Origin: Octopus sinensis
Lineage: Eukaryota
NCBI RefSeq assembly: GCF_006345805.1
Contig: NC_042999.1
Span: forward strand, 37,758,001 to 37,822,000
DNA: 64,000 bases
Direction: 5' to 3'
Below are positions 10,899 through 23,300 of the stretch, piece by piece. Under the pieces are notes generated by a model. It was not told the origin of the DNA and made no database searches. It worked only from the letters and a program-made list of their open reading frames with translations. Each line of letters starts with the position of its first letter. Within the stretch, counting starts at the first letter, position 1. A program made the translations under genes and the position numbers.

Positions 10899-11048
10899 AC
10901 AAGACGTATCTCGTTAAAATAACGACTGTTCTGCAAGATATCTTCCTGGTTTGTGCATAAAAAGCAGAAAATTAAGGGATACAGCTTCATTTGTTTTATA
11001 GCAGCTCAATAATAAATTAAAGATGCAAAAGAAACGAATACACAATAG

Positions 11049-11095
<47 letters not shown>

Positions 11096-11322
11096 ATATA
11101 TATATATATATAAGTATGTGAATGAATTATCCTAGTATTGATAATTCGGTTAATCGATACCTGGGTAGCAAATTCACGTCAGAAGACACGGTTGAAGCTA
11201 CATGCCAAGAGCAGAAACCCCGTGTTCTTGTGTGGTAAGAGTATACAGTCTTCGAAACATGTGTTGAGAGTAAAGGAATTTTGTTAAAATCTTCGTTCGA
11301 CTCCATTCTTTCATTTATTCAT

Positions 11323-11397
<75 letters not shown>

Positions 11398-11401
11398 GTA
11401 T

Positions 11402-11617
11402 AAGGCAGCGAGCTGGCAGAAACGTTGGCACGCCGGGCGAAATGTTTAGCAGTATTTCGTTTGTCTTTACGTTCTGATTTAAAATTCCACCGTGGTCTGC
11501 TTTGCTTTTCATCCTTTCGGGGTCGATAAATTAAGTACCAGTTGCGTACTGGGGTCGATCTTATCGGCTGCCCCCCTCCCTCAAAATTTCGGGCCTTGTG
11601 CCTAGAGTAGAAAAGTA
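11402..11617 (+). mobile_element. SINE family A2
   Basis: Head, central domain, tail CCTTGTGCCTAGAGTAGAAAAG. Confidence 0.9.
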
Positions 11618-11983
11618 TATATATATATATGTGTGCGTGTGCATGAGTCCGTGTGTTTGTGTGTGTGTGTATGTGTGTGTGTGTATGTGTGTGAGTGTGT
11701 GTGTGTGTGCGTGTTTGTGTGTGTGTCTGTTTGCGCGCGCGCTTGTTCCCCCACTGCCGCTTGACAACCAGCTTTGGTTTGTTTACATCTCCGTAACAAA
11801 ACTGTTTCAGTAAAAGAGACGAATAGTATAAACAAACTTTAAAAAATTACTGAAACCGATTTGTTCAACTAAGCCCTTTTAGGCGGTGGCCTAAAATGTG
11901 CCCTGTTTGAAAGATAACTGAAAGATAAAAAATAAATGTAAAATATAATACTTTAGTTTGGTAAAGTAAAACAAAATTTACAA

Positions 11984-12141
11984 GGCGCAGGAGTGGCTGT
12001 GTGGTAAGTAGCTTGCTTACCAGCAACATGGTTCCGGGGTCAGTCCCACTGCGTGGCACCTTGGGAAAGTGTCTTCTACTATAGCCTCGGGCCAATTAAA
12101 GCCTTGTCAGTGGATTTGGTCGACGGAAACGGAAAGAAGCC

Positions 12142-12228
<87 letters not shown>

Positions 12229-12461
12229 TATGTATGTGTGTGTATATATTTGTGTGTCTGTGTTTGTCCCCCCAGCATCGCTTGACAACCGATGCTGGTG
12301 TGTTTACGTCCCCGTAACATAGCGGTTCGTCAAAAGAGACCGATTGAATAAGTACCAGGCTTACAAAGAATAAGTCCTGGGGTCGATTTGCTCGACTAAA
12401 AAAGGCGGTGCTCCAGCATGGCCGCAGTCAAATGACTGAAACAAGTAAAAGAATAAAAGAG
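11984..12461 (+). mobile_element. SINE family B, full length with internal (TA)n(TG)n
   Basis: GGCGCAGGAGTGGCTGTGTGG head, CORE-like block, internal microsatellite, tail CTCCAGCATGGCCGCAGTC..GAAACAAGTAAAAGAATAAAAGA. Confidence 0.95.
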
Positions 12462-12774
12462 CCAAAAAGTAACTTCAAAAGAAACGCCTGTAGTATACTT
12501 TATAACAACGTTTCTAATATATCACAGCTTAATCATTAGAGAAAATCTGAAAGAAAATTTTTGACTCATTGTGATATATCCAGTCAATTTATATAGCGTA
12601 TATGTCGGTGCCATCTCTCTGTCTCTCACACACACATATATCCATATGTATGTGTGTGTAAGTGTATGTTTATATATATATCAAATATTAAGCACTCAGA
12701 ATAAAAAGAAGACAACTTTGGAGGGAGAAGTCTTAACAAATGTTGTATTAGTACGCTTAAAAGATGGTAAAGTG

Positions 12775-12810
12775 TCTTGACGTTTCGGGCCCAAGTCCTT
12801 CATCAGAAAA
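12775..12810 (-). ncRNA. Minimal type I hammerhead with canonical core
   Basis: Minus strand: UUUU CUGAUGA A GGACUUGGGCCC GAAA CG UC^ AAGA; GUC triplet, palindromic ACGU in place of stem III. Confidence 0.75.
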
Positions 12811-12999
12811 TATAAAAAGGAACAAATTTTGCAGGAAGAAAAAGTAGATATATACTTACATTCATTGTATCTTGTGCGTCATTTTTGCCATTTTGCCACA
12901 AGAAATCAGGCAGATTAATTATGTCACAAATAAGCATGATATACTCTTTCGATAATATCACCTGTACTAAAAGTAACTGTATACCATATAGTATGGACC

Positions 13000-13392
13000 C
13001 AGTGCTGGATTAACCATGATGCAAAATAAGTACGTACTTAGGGCATCAAGAGAAGGGATCATCATATAAAGGGCAATTGGTTTATGGTGCAAAAGAAATT
13101 ACTTTAAACTTGCTAAGGTAAGATTCGAGATGCCTTATCTCTGCTAAGTATAGAAGCGGATGTGTTACGTAAGATTATTTTTGAGGACCAGACGAAAAAC
13201 TTTGCAATTAAACAGAAAAAATTTCAAAAATATATAAAGTGGAAGTATACAAAAATAAACATTATTTTCCACCTTACTATTTGGTTTTCATCTTGAAAAA
13301 TAAAAATCTATTTCATGGTTTATCATTGCTTATATTTTAAATTACATATATTTGGGCGTACCAAAATCTTTTAAGCGCTTAATCAGGCCCTG
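13000..13392. mobile_element. hAT-superfamily MITE
   Basis: TIRs CAGTGCTGGATTAA / TTAATCAGGCCCTG; 8-bp TSD TATGGACC (12992-12999) / TATGGACT (13393-13400). Confidence 0.9.
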
Positions 13393-13692
13393 TATGGACT
13401 CCATTAGCGACTGTAAAAGTAGCAATGTCGTAGGCTAGATGAAATGTATGGAAGGCGAGCATTGTAACTCTAATACACTCCACATAGAGGGAACCGCGCG
13501 TGGCCTGGCTGAGAGAATGGAGGTGTACTGGCAAGAATATAGTGACAGAAACCTACATCAGTACTCTACCGGTAGGCCTAAGGATTAGAATGAAGATATG
13601 CTAAGAAAATATAGAAATAAAATGTCATATAGGCACCATACAGACCTACATACATAACTCAACGTTACGTCTAACACATGAAACTATACACA

Positions 13693-13915
13693 TTTATTTC
13701 TTTATTGCCCACAGGAGTCTAAACATAGATGGGACAAACAAGGGGATTAAGTCGATTACACCGACCCCAGTGCCTAACTGGTACTTATTTAATCGACCCC
13801 GAGAGGATGAAAGGCAAAGTCGACCTCGGCGGAATTTGACCTCAGAACGTAACGGCAGCCGAAATACTTCTAAGCCTTTCGTCCAGCGTGCTAACGGTTC
13901 TGCCAGAGCGCCACC
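13693..13915 (-). mobile_element. SINE family A1
   Basis: Head to tail ..TGTGGGCAATAAAGAAATA. Confidence 0.9.
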
Positions 13916-13990
13916 TGGCAGGAACTATACATATATGAAACTATACATATTGCAGAACAAAAATCATGGAAAATACGAGAGAAAGAGCCA

Positions 13991-14226
13991 TACCTATTTC
14001 TTTACTTCCCACTAGGGGCTAAACACAGAGAGGAGAAACAAGGACAGACAAACGGATTAAGTCGACTATATCGACCACAGTGCGTAACTGGTACTTATTT
14101 AATCGACCCCGAAAGGATGAAAGGCAAAGTCGACCTCGGCGGAATTTGAACTCAGAACGTAGCAGCAGGCGAAATACTGCTTAGCATTTCGCCCGGCGTG
14201 CTAACGATTCTGCCACTACCACCGCC
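13991..14226 (-). mobile_element. SINE family A1
   Basis: Full copy; 3' end reads AAAGAAATAGGTA, running into the first bases of a next unit. Confidence 0.9.
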
Positions 14227-16293
14227 ACGGATATCAGGACATTGCCCTCACCGTCACCACCACTACTTCCATCACAACCACCGCTATATACGGACAAGCA
14301 TGCGTTCGCATCTGTGTCTACGTGACTGTGCATGTAGATGCATGTTAGTTCGGGTATGAGATGGACGGACAATATACCCATTGTGTCACTTCAAAATTTG
14401 TATGCACCAAACCTCTTTAATGGTACAAACAATGATGCTGTATATCATAGCATCCAAGTCGATTAATTCATTTCAAAGTTCTTTGACATTTACATAAGCC
14501 TTGTAAATTTTTTTGCAAATAACACGCGCTTTGAGCTCAAAAGATTTCCGATATCGACAGTTGTTGTTGTTAGAGGAATAAAAAAAAGTATCAGAAGTTT
14601 TCTATGCAGCTTCAAATATTTTTATCAGAACACAAATGACAGAATCAACAATAACGTAAAATAATCAGATGTTCGAAATAGTCATTCTATTTATGTATCA
14701 GGATCTTTTGCCTGACTGGTTCCCATCAAAATTTCTTTTCGTTCTCTCGCGTTTATTTGCAATTTAATTTCAATGTGAAGACTGTTAGCGATAGGTTATC
14801 TGTCTGCCAAATTTATCTCGCAGTTTCTGTTGATTTTCTAGGTGCATTCTATAATGTCAGCTTCAAAATCAACAGTGCCATGTGGTGCTTGTAATGCCAT
14901 GATGCAGATGTTAATGAGAGGAAGAATGTTGAACCAAATAGATGACATTTGTAGACTTCTGAATGTTGACATGTATCGAAGAGCTTGTGTTCCTTCATTT
15001 CTGGTCCTTTGAGTCGGGCTAAGTTTCAAAAGATCTTGATGGCTAAATGATGCAAGTCAGATCTGATGCAATGATTTCCCATACGTTGCTATGATTGACC
15101 GCCTATATGCGTTAGAAGAAATTACCATTATCTTGAATTATATGAAGAAGAATATATAGACACTCCCTACAGCTCCGTGAAAAGAAAAATAAATGGTAAC
15201 TACTTCAGTACAATACTCTGCTGATTTCTTGTCACATAAATTAATGCTCGACTTTCACGTCGTAAGAAAATGAAGAAATTTTTGTTAGGTAATATCCTAT
15301 GCATTTTCCTGTGTTAGATTCTCATATTGGCCCGGTTGTCATATACGTGACCTTTTGAAGAAGATGCCTTTTTACTTACAGTTTCCGTTATCAGATTCTT
15401 TTCTTTATATCAGAATCTGTTTTTTTTTCACAAATCTTCCAAAGACAGAAATCTTTCTTGAATGTTAAACTTTGAAAGAGACTTAGGATAAATACTCTCT
15501 GTTGAAAGAGGCATAAAATAAATGCTCTCTGTGTGCGAAATCTGGCAAAGCGTCATTATCTTTGTATAGTATCTTACCTATAAAATCTCAGAGAATGTAT
15601 TTCAAAACGAGGCTTGAGCAGAGTGGAGTAAATTCATTTTGTGATTCAGATGACGGATAATGAGTTTTGCAAACTTTTCCTGGCTTTCTTTGACTTTATT
15701 GACATAGATTTCGACTACGGGACTCTAATGAGATAAAAAAATCAACAAGCTTACGGATGTTACAGTTGTAAATATCGTCAATCAGATAAAGAGTACCACA
15801 GAATACTAACCTTTTTTTCATTCAGAAAAAATATTGCCTAATAGAAAAATTTATGTGGCATGACCAGCAGAATACTGTACTGAAGCAGTCAGCGTTTTTC
15901 ATTTAAAGTGGCTTTAATATGTTTCTTGCCCTCTAATCCAAAACGATGGCAAATATTAATCTAGTTGATCTTTTCTGCAACTATTTGCTAATGCAGAAAG
16001 TGTTTCAAACATATATTTAAATGAATTCTTTGCTTGAGATTTCTCCATGGTACGTAATTTAATTTATTTTGGTTATTGCGTCGTTCATGCAGAGAAATCC
16101 TGGCTCTTAATTTTCTCTATTTTCTGTGGAAGACTATCTGTTCACTGTTGTCAAAATCAATGTATTATCTCCGCCCTTTTAAAGGTGCCGACATACTAAA
16201 CCAAATAAGGCTTGTATCTCGATACTCTACACTCACACCATTCTCTCTCAGATATTCGCCTGTTGTGATTCCTATATTTCATCATCTTTTATC

Positions 16294-16490
16294 TTTTACT
16301 TGTTTCAGTCATTAAACAGCGGCCATGCTGGGATACCGCCTTGAAGAATTTCTAGTCGAATGAATCGTCCCAAGTACTAATTCTATCAGTTCTCTTGTCG
16401 AACTGCTAGGTTAAGTGTATATTAACATATCAAAACCGGTTGTAAAGCGGTGGGAGGGGCCAAACACAGACACAAAAACACACACACACG
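16294..16490 (-). mobile_element. SINE family B, 3' body, diverged
   Basis: TTTACTTGTTTCAGTCA..GCGGCCATGCTGG tail. Confidence 0.8.
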
Positions 16491-16732
16491 CATATTTTTA
16501 TATACTATATTAATAATTATCTGCATAATTATATCAAGGGATCGGACGAGCCTCTCCACGCGCTAAAAATAGACGCCAAATGGTGCTAAAATCCACATTA
16601 AATGTCCTATAAGCGGGCAAATGAAAAATGATAATCAAACTTTTTGGTCAACTGTATCGGAATTAAGCTTAAAGCAATAAAATACTTACTGCTATCATCA
16701 GCACAAATATTCCATAGTATATAATTACAGGT

Positions 16733-17046
16733 GTGGAGGCGCAATGGCCCGGTGGTTAGGGCAACGGATTCGCAGTCGGAGGATCGCGGTTTCGATTCCC
16801 AGACCGGGCGTTGTGTGTGTTTATTGAGAAGAAACACCTAAAGCTCCACAAGGCTCCGGCAGGGGGTGGTGGCGACCCCTGTTGTACTCTTTCACCCCAA
16901 CTTTCTCTCACTCTTTCTTCCTGATCCTTGAGTAACGCTGCGATGGACTGGCGTCCGGTCCAGCTGGTGGTGGGGCACATACGCCATAGAAACCGGGAAA
17001 CCGGGCCCATGAGCCTGGTTACGCTTGAAAAAGGGCGCATAAAAAA
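16733..17046 (+). mobile_element. SINE family C with alternative tail (type 2)
   Basis: C head and body to CTTTCTCTCACTCTTTCTT, then CTGCGATGGACTGGCGTCCGGTCCAG..AGGGCGCATAAAAAA. Confidence 0.9.
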
Positions 17047-17379
17047 TATATATAATTACAAGTGTTTATACATATATCTATACGAGCACTGAAGCCGCAG
17101 AGCCATATACATACACTTGCACGTTTATACAGATAAAGTCGAATTTATACTTTTCATTTCAACCGCGTGCTATTATTTATCAAAATAATGTCGCAGTGAA
17201 TGCGACTTTGGTCCGGAACAAAAATATTTTTATTTATATTCTACATATTCTGGATAGGCGCAGGAGTGCCTATGTCGTAAGTAGATTGCTTACGAACCAC
17301 ATGGTTCCGGGTTCATTCTCACTGCGTGGCATCTTGGGCAAGTGTCTTCTATTATAGCCTCGGGCCGACCAAAGCCTTC

Positions 17380-17574
17380 GCGTGTGTACCGTTGGCGATT
17401 TTTTCCTCCGTCTTCCCTTCTCTGGATCTTTCCTTTTCCTATGTTTCTGATGGAGAGCTCCGCTCGAAACGTAAAACCCTCCTTCTTCCCTTCCTTCCTG
17501 AGCGTCCAATAATACTATATTTGTTCCACGTCCTCGCATTGTTGTGTTTTCTCTTTGTGTTTTCATGTTTGGAT

Positions 17575-17578
<4 letters not shown>
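17380..17578 (+). mobile_element. Hammerhead-bearing repeat family E (Penelope pLTR-like)
   Basis: HHR 17443-17477: GUUU CUGAUGG A GAGC-UCC-GCUC GAAA CG UA^ AAAC; very similar copy at 18261-18466. Confidence 0.75.
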
Positions 17579-17606
<28 letters not shown>

Positions 17607-17610
<4 letters not shown>

Positions 17611-17722
17611 CTGCTCGCTAAGCCAGCGGGGTGGCATCATTTGAAGGCTAAAACAATGCGAACGCATTGTGACCAGCGATGTGTAACAACATCTGATGGT
17701 CTGGTCGGTCACGTGATGGTGT
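17607..17722 (+). mobile_element. SINE family C tail type 3 fragment
   Basis: Matches the 3' part of 46456-46735. Confidence 0.8.
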
Positions 17723-17732
17723 CACATATATA

Positions 17733-17768
<36 letters not shown>

Positions 17769-18260
17769 TGTATGTATGTATGTATGTATGTATATATATA
17801 TATATACGTATATCGTTAGCCACTACACACAATAAAATATATATATGTATGTGTGTGTATATATTTGTGTGTCTGTGTTTGTCCCCCCAGCATCACTTGA
17901 CAACCGATGCTGGTGTGTTTACGTCCCCGTAATCTAGCGGTTCGGCAAAAGAAACCGATAGAATAAGTACTAGGCTTCCAAAGAATAAGTCCTAGAATCG
18001 ATTCGCTCGACTAAAGGCGGTGCTCCAGCATGGCCACAGTCAAATGACTGAAACAAGTAAAAGAATAAAAGAATGAAAGAATATAATAAACGATAAAACC
18101 ATTTAATGATTTTATGAAGTGATCAGCACGAAATAAAACCTCATTTTTACATTTAAGGTGGATTTTAGCGCCATTTGGCGTCTATTTTTAGCGCGTGGAG
18201 AGGCTTTTCTGATCCCTTGATACAATTCTGCATATAATTATTAATATATATATATCAAAA

Positions 18261-18461
18261 TGTGACCTCGTGTGTACCGTTGGCGATTTTTTTCCCTCTG
18301 TCTTCCCTTCTCTGGATCTTTCCTTCTCCTATGTTTCCGACGAAGAGCTCCGCTCGAAACGTTAATCCCTCCTTCTTTCCTTCTTTCCTGAGCGTCCAAT
18401 AATACTATATTTGTTCCACGTCCTCGCGTTGTTGTGTTTTTTTGTGCTTTCTTGTTTGGAT

Positions 18462-18466
<5 letters not shown>
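18261..18466 (+). mobile_element. Hammerhead-bearing repeat family E
   Basis: HHR 18333-18367: GUUU CCGACGA A GAGC-UCC-GCUC GAAA CG UU^ AAUC. Confidence 0.75.
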
Positions 18467-18519
<53 letters not shown>

Positions 18520-18539
18520 CAAAATATAGAGGTTTAGTT

Positions 18540-19080
18540 CACAGGTGATCTAAACGACTAGGTACGCTAGGTAAGTGCTGTAACGGATTACTAGGACTCC
18601 AAAGTTATACCCAAGGCAGTAGTTATGGAGCCATTGCAGATTTCCGATGTAGCGGATATATAATTGTTAAAGAGGACAACAAACGTTAAGGCAAGGCAAA
18701 CATCTCAAGTCATATGCATTATTATTAGTGGGAAAAAAACTCAAAGTCTTACAGCTGTTTCTGGGATACCCCAGAGTATGGGATATTCCGTCATCGGAGA
18801 CAAATAGGGAAAATGAGACGGGTATAGATTAATGAAATGACGACATAGAGGACAGGAATAAAGGAATAAAGAGATGAAGAAAGAGAAGTAAAAATAAGCA
18901 TAAAAGTTCACATTTCAACTTTCCGATTTTATAGAAGTAAGCCCGTAAATCCTTTGGTGCAATTCTGCGGAAATCCGTGTAGGTTAAAGTCCCGAGAGTG
19001 CAAAAATCCCCAAAAATGGACGTGAATATATCAACGTTTAATAACAAGATGGTAGCAGAAGTGGCTATTAAGTGGTAAGA
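18540..19080 (-). mobile_element. Hammerhead-bearing repeat family G (Penelope-like, tentative)
   Basis: Homologous to 61720-62160; HHR at 18746-18801. Confidence 0.65.
18746..18801 (-). ncRNA. Type I hammerhead, CCGAUGA core (family G)
   Basis: GUCU CCGAUGA [stem II] GAAA C AGCU G UA^ AGAC. Confidence 0.7.
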
Positions 19081-19540
19081 AGAAAGAAAAATAAATAAAT
19101 AATAAATAAATAAATAAATAGGAAGAGAGGTAGAGAGAATGAGGGAGGAAGTTAAGGATTGGCGTTAAGGTATATAAAAATATAGTGTCTAAGAATATGG
19201 TGTACATATTCCTTTCTCTGCTACTGCTGCTGCTTAACCAATCAAAACCAAGAACTCATCAAATATTAGGACTACCACTACTACCTGCTACCTGTTACCA
19301 AGCCCTCACATAAGTAAAAAAGAGAGACAGAGACAGACAGAAAAAAGGAAAATGCCCCTTGCATTTGAAAACTATGGAAATATTAAAAAACCCATTTCAT
19401 TTAATTTTTCCACAATTTAATTGTTTTTCATGCTTTACTCAAAGTTTAAAAAGTCTCAAAGACTGAAAACGGTACTAAAATCGTCTTCATGATAAAATTA
19501 TGTTAGCATTTTCTACCTTGTCTTATTTTGCTTATATATA

Positions 19541-22200
19541 TACTTTGATACTTTGAAACTTTGATAGGTTTCGGCCATTATTGGCCCAGGCCATGTCTAA
19601 CTTAATAGCACCACCTGGTGAAGTCTTTCAAGTCAGAATTTGGGCACTATGGCCCACTCAAGTAGAGAGTTATTGTTTACAGAGACATATCCGGGTGTAG
19701 GGGGTTTATCCGGGATTTCTTGAAGGAATCTGTCCAAAGACTTCTTGAACCCTATAGGGTCAGTTTCTGTTTTAATGTGTTTTGGTGTAATGTTAAAGAG
19801 AGCGGGGCCAATTGAGGTGAAATAATTGTGCCGTATTGTTGTTATGAGATGAGAGTGCGATTTTTGTTTTGGGCGGATGGCACGGGGCCCAAGCCTTGGA
19901 TGTACCTTAAAGGTGATGCCAACATCATTTGGGCAATACTGATGGAATATTTTCCACATCATGCAGATGATGTAGCGCTCACGACGACGTTGGAGAGAAT
20001 AAAGTTTTAGCTTTTCTAGTCGACCCCAATAGTCGAGGCCTGTCATGCCATCTATCTTTCTTGTGATTGCCCTTTGAGGTGCTTCAACTTTTATGATACT
20101 TTGTATTGTGTGGGGAGACCACAGTGGACAACAGTACTCAAGGTGGGGTCGGGCAAAAGTGGAGAAGAGAAGGATAATGGTGTGGATATCTCTCGACTGG
20201 AAAGTTCTGAGAATCCAGGAACACATTCTGCGGGCCATGTCAACTTGGTGTTTATATGAGTGGCCCAGCTTATGTTGTTGTCCACAATTACTCCCAAGTC
20301 TCTGATGTTGTTGGACGCCGCGAGAGTTTCACCTGAAGGAAGGGAGTATGGGAGTTTCAGGGCATCCTCTTTTCCAAAATGGATTAACTCAAATTTATCC
20401 TCGTTCAGCAGCATATTGTTTTTTTCTGCCCATTGGATAACAGCCAGTAGATCTGACTGAAGGCATGTCCGGTCACTCGCCTCATTTATGACCTTCTGTA
20501 GCTTGGAATCATCTGCAAAGATTTTTATGTTGCTGTGCTTGATGATGTCATCGATATCATTAATGTAGATGATGAAAAGAAGTGGGCCCAGCACAGTGCC
20601 TTGCGGAACGCCACTACTGACTTTGGCTGGGCTTGATTTTACCCCTTCAACTACAACATGTTGAGATCTGTCTGTCAGGAAACACTTGATCCATTTCAGT
20701 AACTTTCCAGAGACACCAATGTTGGATAGTTTTTTCAATAGGATCTTGTGATCGACCCTGTCGAAGGCCTTACTGAAATCAAGGTAGATGACATCGGTGT
20801 TGGAGCCCTCTCCCAAAGCTCTCAAAATGTCATCAAAGTGATGCAGGAGCTGCGTTAATCAGTCCCTTCCATTAGGGAACCCATGTTGGTTAGAGATCAG
20901 CCGTCTGTTGCTTTCCAGAAATTGGGTTATTCGAGATCTCACCACCCTCTCAAATACCTTGATGATATGAGAGGTGAGTGAGATCGGACGGTAGTTCACT
21001 GCAAGGGACTTGTTTCCCTTTTTGAAAACTGGGACAACAGACTGGGACAGAAGGTTTTTTGGAATATAGCCAGCATCCAGTGAGTTTCTCCACAGATTAG
21101 CAAGGGGAGATGCAAGTTGGTGTCGACACACCTTCAGGACACAATCAGGGAACTACTGCTGAATTGTGTTTTATTTCATTTATCGCCGCTAAGACATCAG
21201 GGGCACTAAACGTTATGTCCAATATAGTGTGTTGGGGGTTGACATCACTGATACAGCCCAGATCGGCCATATCAGGATTGCTGAAAACAGAGCAGTATTG
21301 TTTCTGCATTATCTCGGCCATGGATTTGGCATTATCTTGGAGAGTGCCAGTTTCATCAATTAGAGGGCCAACAATGGAGACAGTGACCCTGCGTTTCCTC
21401 GCAAATGAAAAGAACACTTTGGGGTTGAGTTTGATTTTTTCAATGGCCCACTTCTCCTCAGCTGATCTTTGGTTATTGATGAGGGTCTTCATGGATTGTT
21501 GGAGGTTATATTTTTTGGATTCAAGCAGTGCGATAGCCGTCGAATGTGTGTGTTGCTGTTGGCAGTACTTTAGTTTGTTAATTTTTTTGTTTGTTCTTTT
21601 TATTTTTCTGATAATAGTTTTTCTGTTTTGGGGGATTCTGCACTTTTTGTTCACAGGTCTTGGTGGGGAGTGTTTTGCACATATGTCTGTGACGGTGTCT
21701 ACAAAGATCTGCCAAGATGTTTTATGGTTGGTGGAGATGCGTGTATGTGTAAAGGACCAGTCAACATGTGATAGCTCGTTCCTGATTGCATCCCAGTTGG
21801 CATTATGGAGATCCATGTTATCAAATGGGTGGGCTGGAGGGAGGTCACTAGGATTAGCTTTCGGCTGGTGGAATTTCATGTTACAGAGAACCATGTCATG
21901 GTCTGAAAGAAGGTTTTTTCCACTGTAACGTTATGTATAGTGTTAGTGTTGTTACTAAACACTAGGTCCAAAATGTTCTTCTGATGTCTTGTTGGTGCAA
22001 GGACAAGTTGGGACAAGAAAAACTCATTCGTAAAGTCGAAAAGTGACTCTGCTGCTTCTTTGTCAGCGGTTGAGGCGGGAGTGCTTGGTTTCAAACAGTT
22101 TGTAGTCCAGTCAACACAGGGTAGATTGAAGTCTCCCATCATGAGTAGGTTGCTAGAATGGCACTGTTGAATAAAGCACTTAATGCTGTTGAGGCATTCT
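19541..22200 (-). mobile_element. CR1-clade LINE, 5'-truncated and frameshifted ORF2
   Basis: APE C-terminus (GDFNLPCVDW, NILDLVFSN), RT (NYRPISLTS, YLDFSKAFDRVDH, GVPQGTVLGPLLF, FADDSKL), thumb (RPHLEYCCPLWSP, LQRRRER); (ATCAAAGT)n-like tail at 19541-19568. Confidence 0.95.
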
Positions 22201-22454
22201 TTAAAGCACAGTATATATATATGTATACTAATATTTACTATATATATATATATATATTTACTAAAATAAGTCAAAAACCATGGTCCAGGAGAAAGCTGGT
22301 AAATGTTTTTATTTTTCATTCCCTTCGAGAATTAGTGGTTTGGACTTAAGCTGTTCTTTTTTGCGTAAAGGATTCCTATAATGGAAACCTCTTAATGTGT
22401 TTAAATGTACACTGTATTTTATATGAATAATATATAGTCTATTGACTAATTTTT

Positions 22455-23300
<846 letters not shown>

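Larger units (their letters stand above)
17257..18080 (+). mobile_element. SINE family B interrupted by nested inserts
   Basis: Head 17257-17379, body and tail ~17865-18080. Confidence 0.9.
16508..18246. mobile_element. Non-autonomous DNA transposon with ~98-bp TIRs, expanded by nested insertions
   Basis: 16508-16605 is the reverse complement of 18149-18246; TA-rich flanks. Confidence 0.75.

Noticed and set aside
11170-11270. CAGAAGA..GTCTTC GAAA CATGT possible hammerhead
   Set aside because: Stem II geometry is inconsistent with a core and stem I is absent.
14400-15800. Possible decayed transposase (CHLC motif on the minus strand)
   Set aside because: Many stops, no catalytic motif or TIR recognisable; cannot be supported.
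19560-19600. GGCC-loop-GGCC-GAAAC in the CR1 3' UTR
   Set aside because: Resembles half a hammerhead but lacks the CUGANGA core; more likely the ordinary LINE 3' stem-loop.
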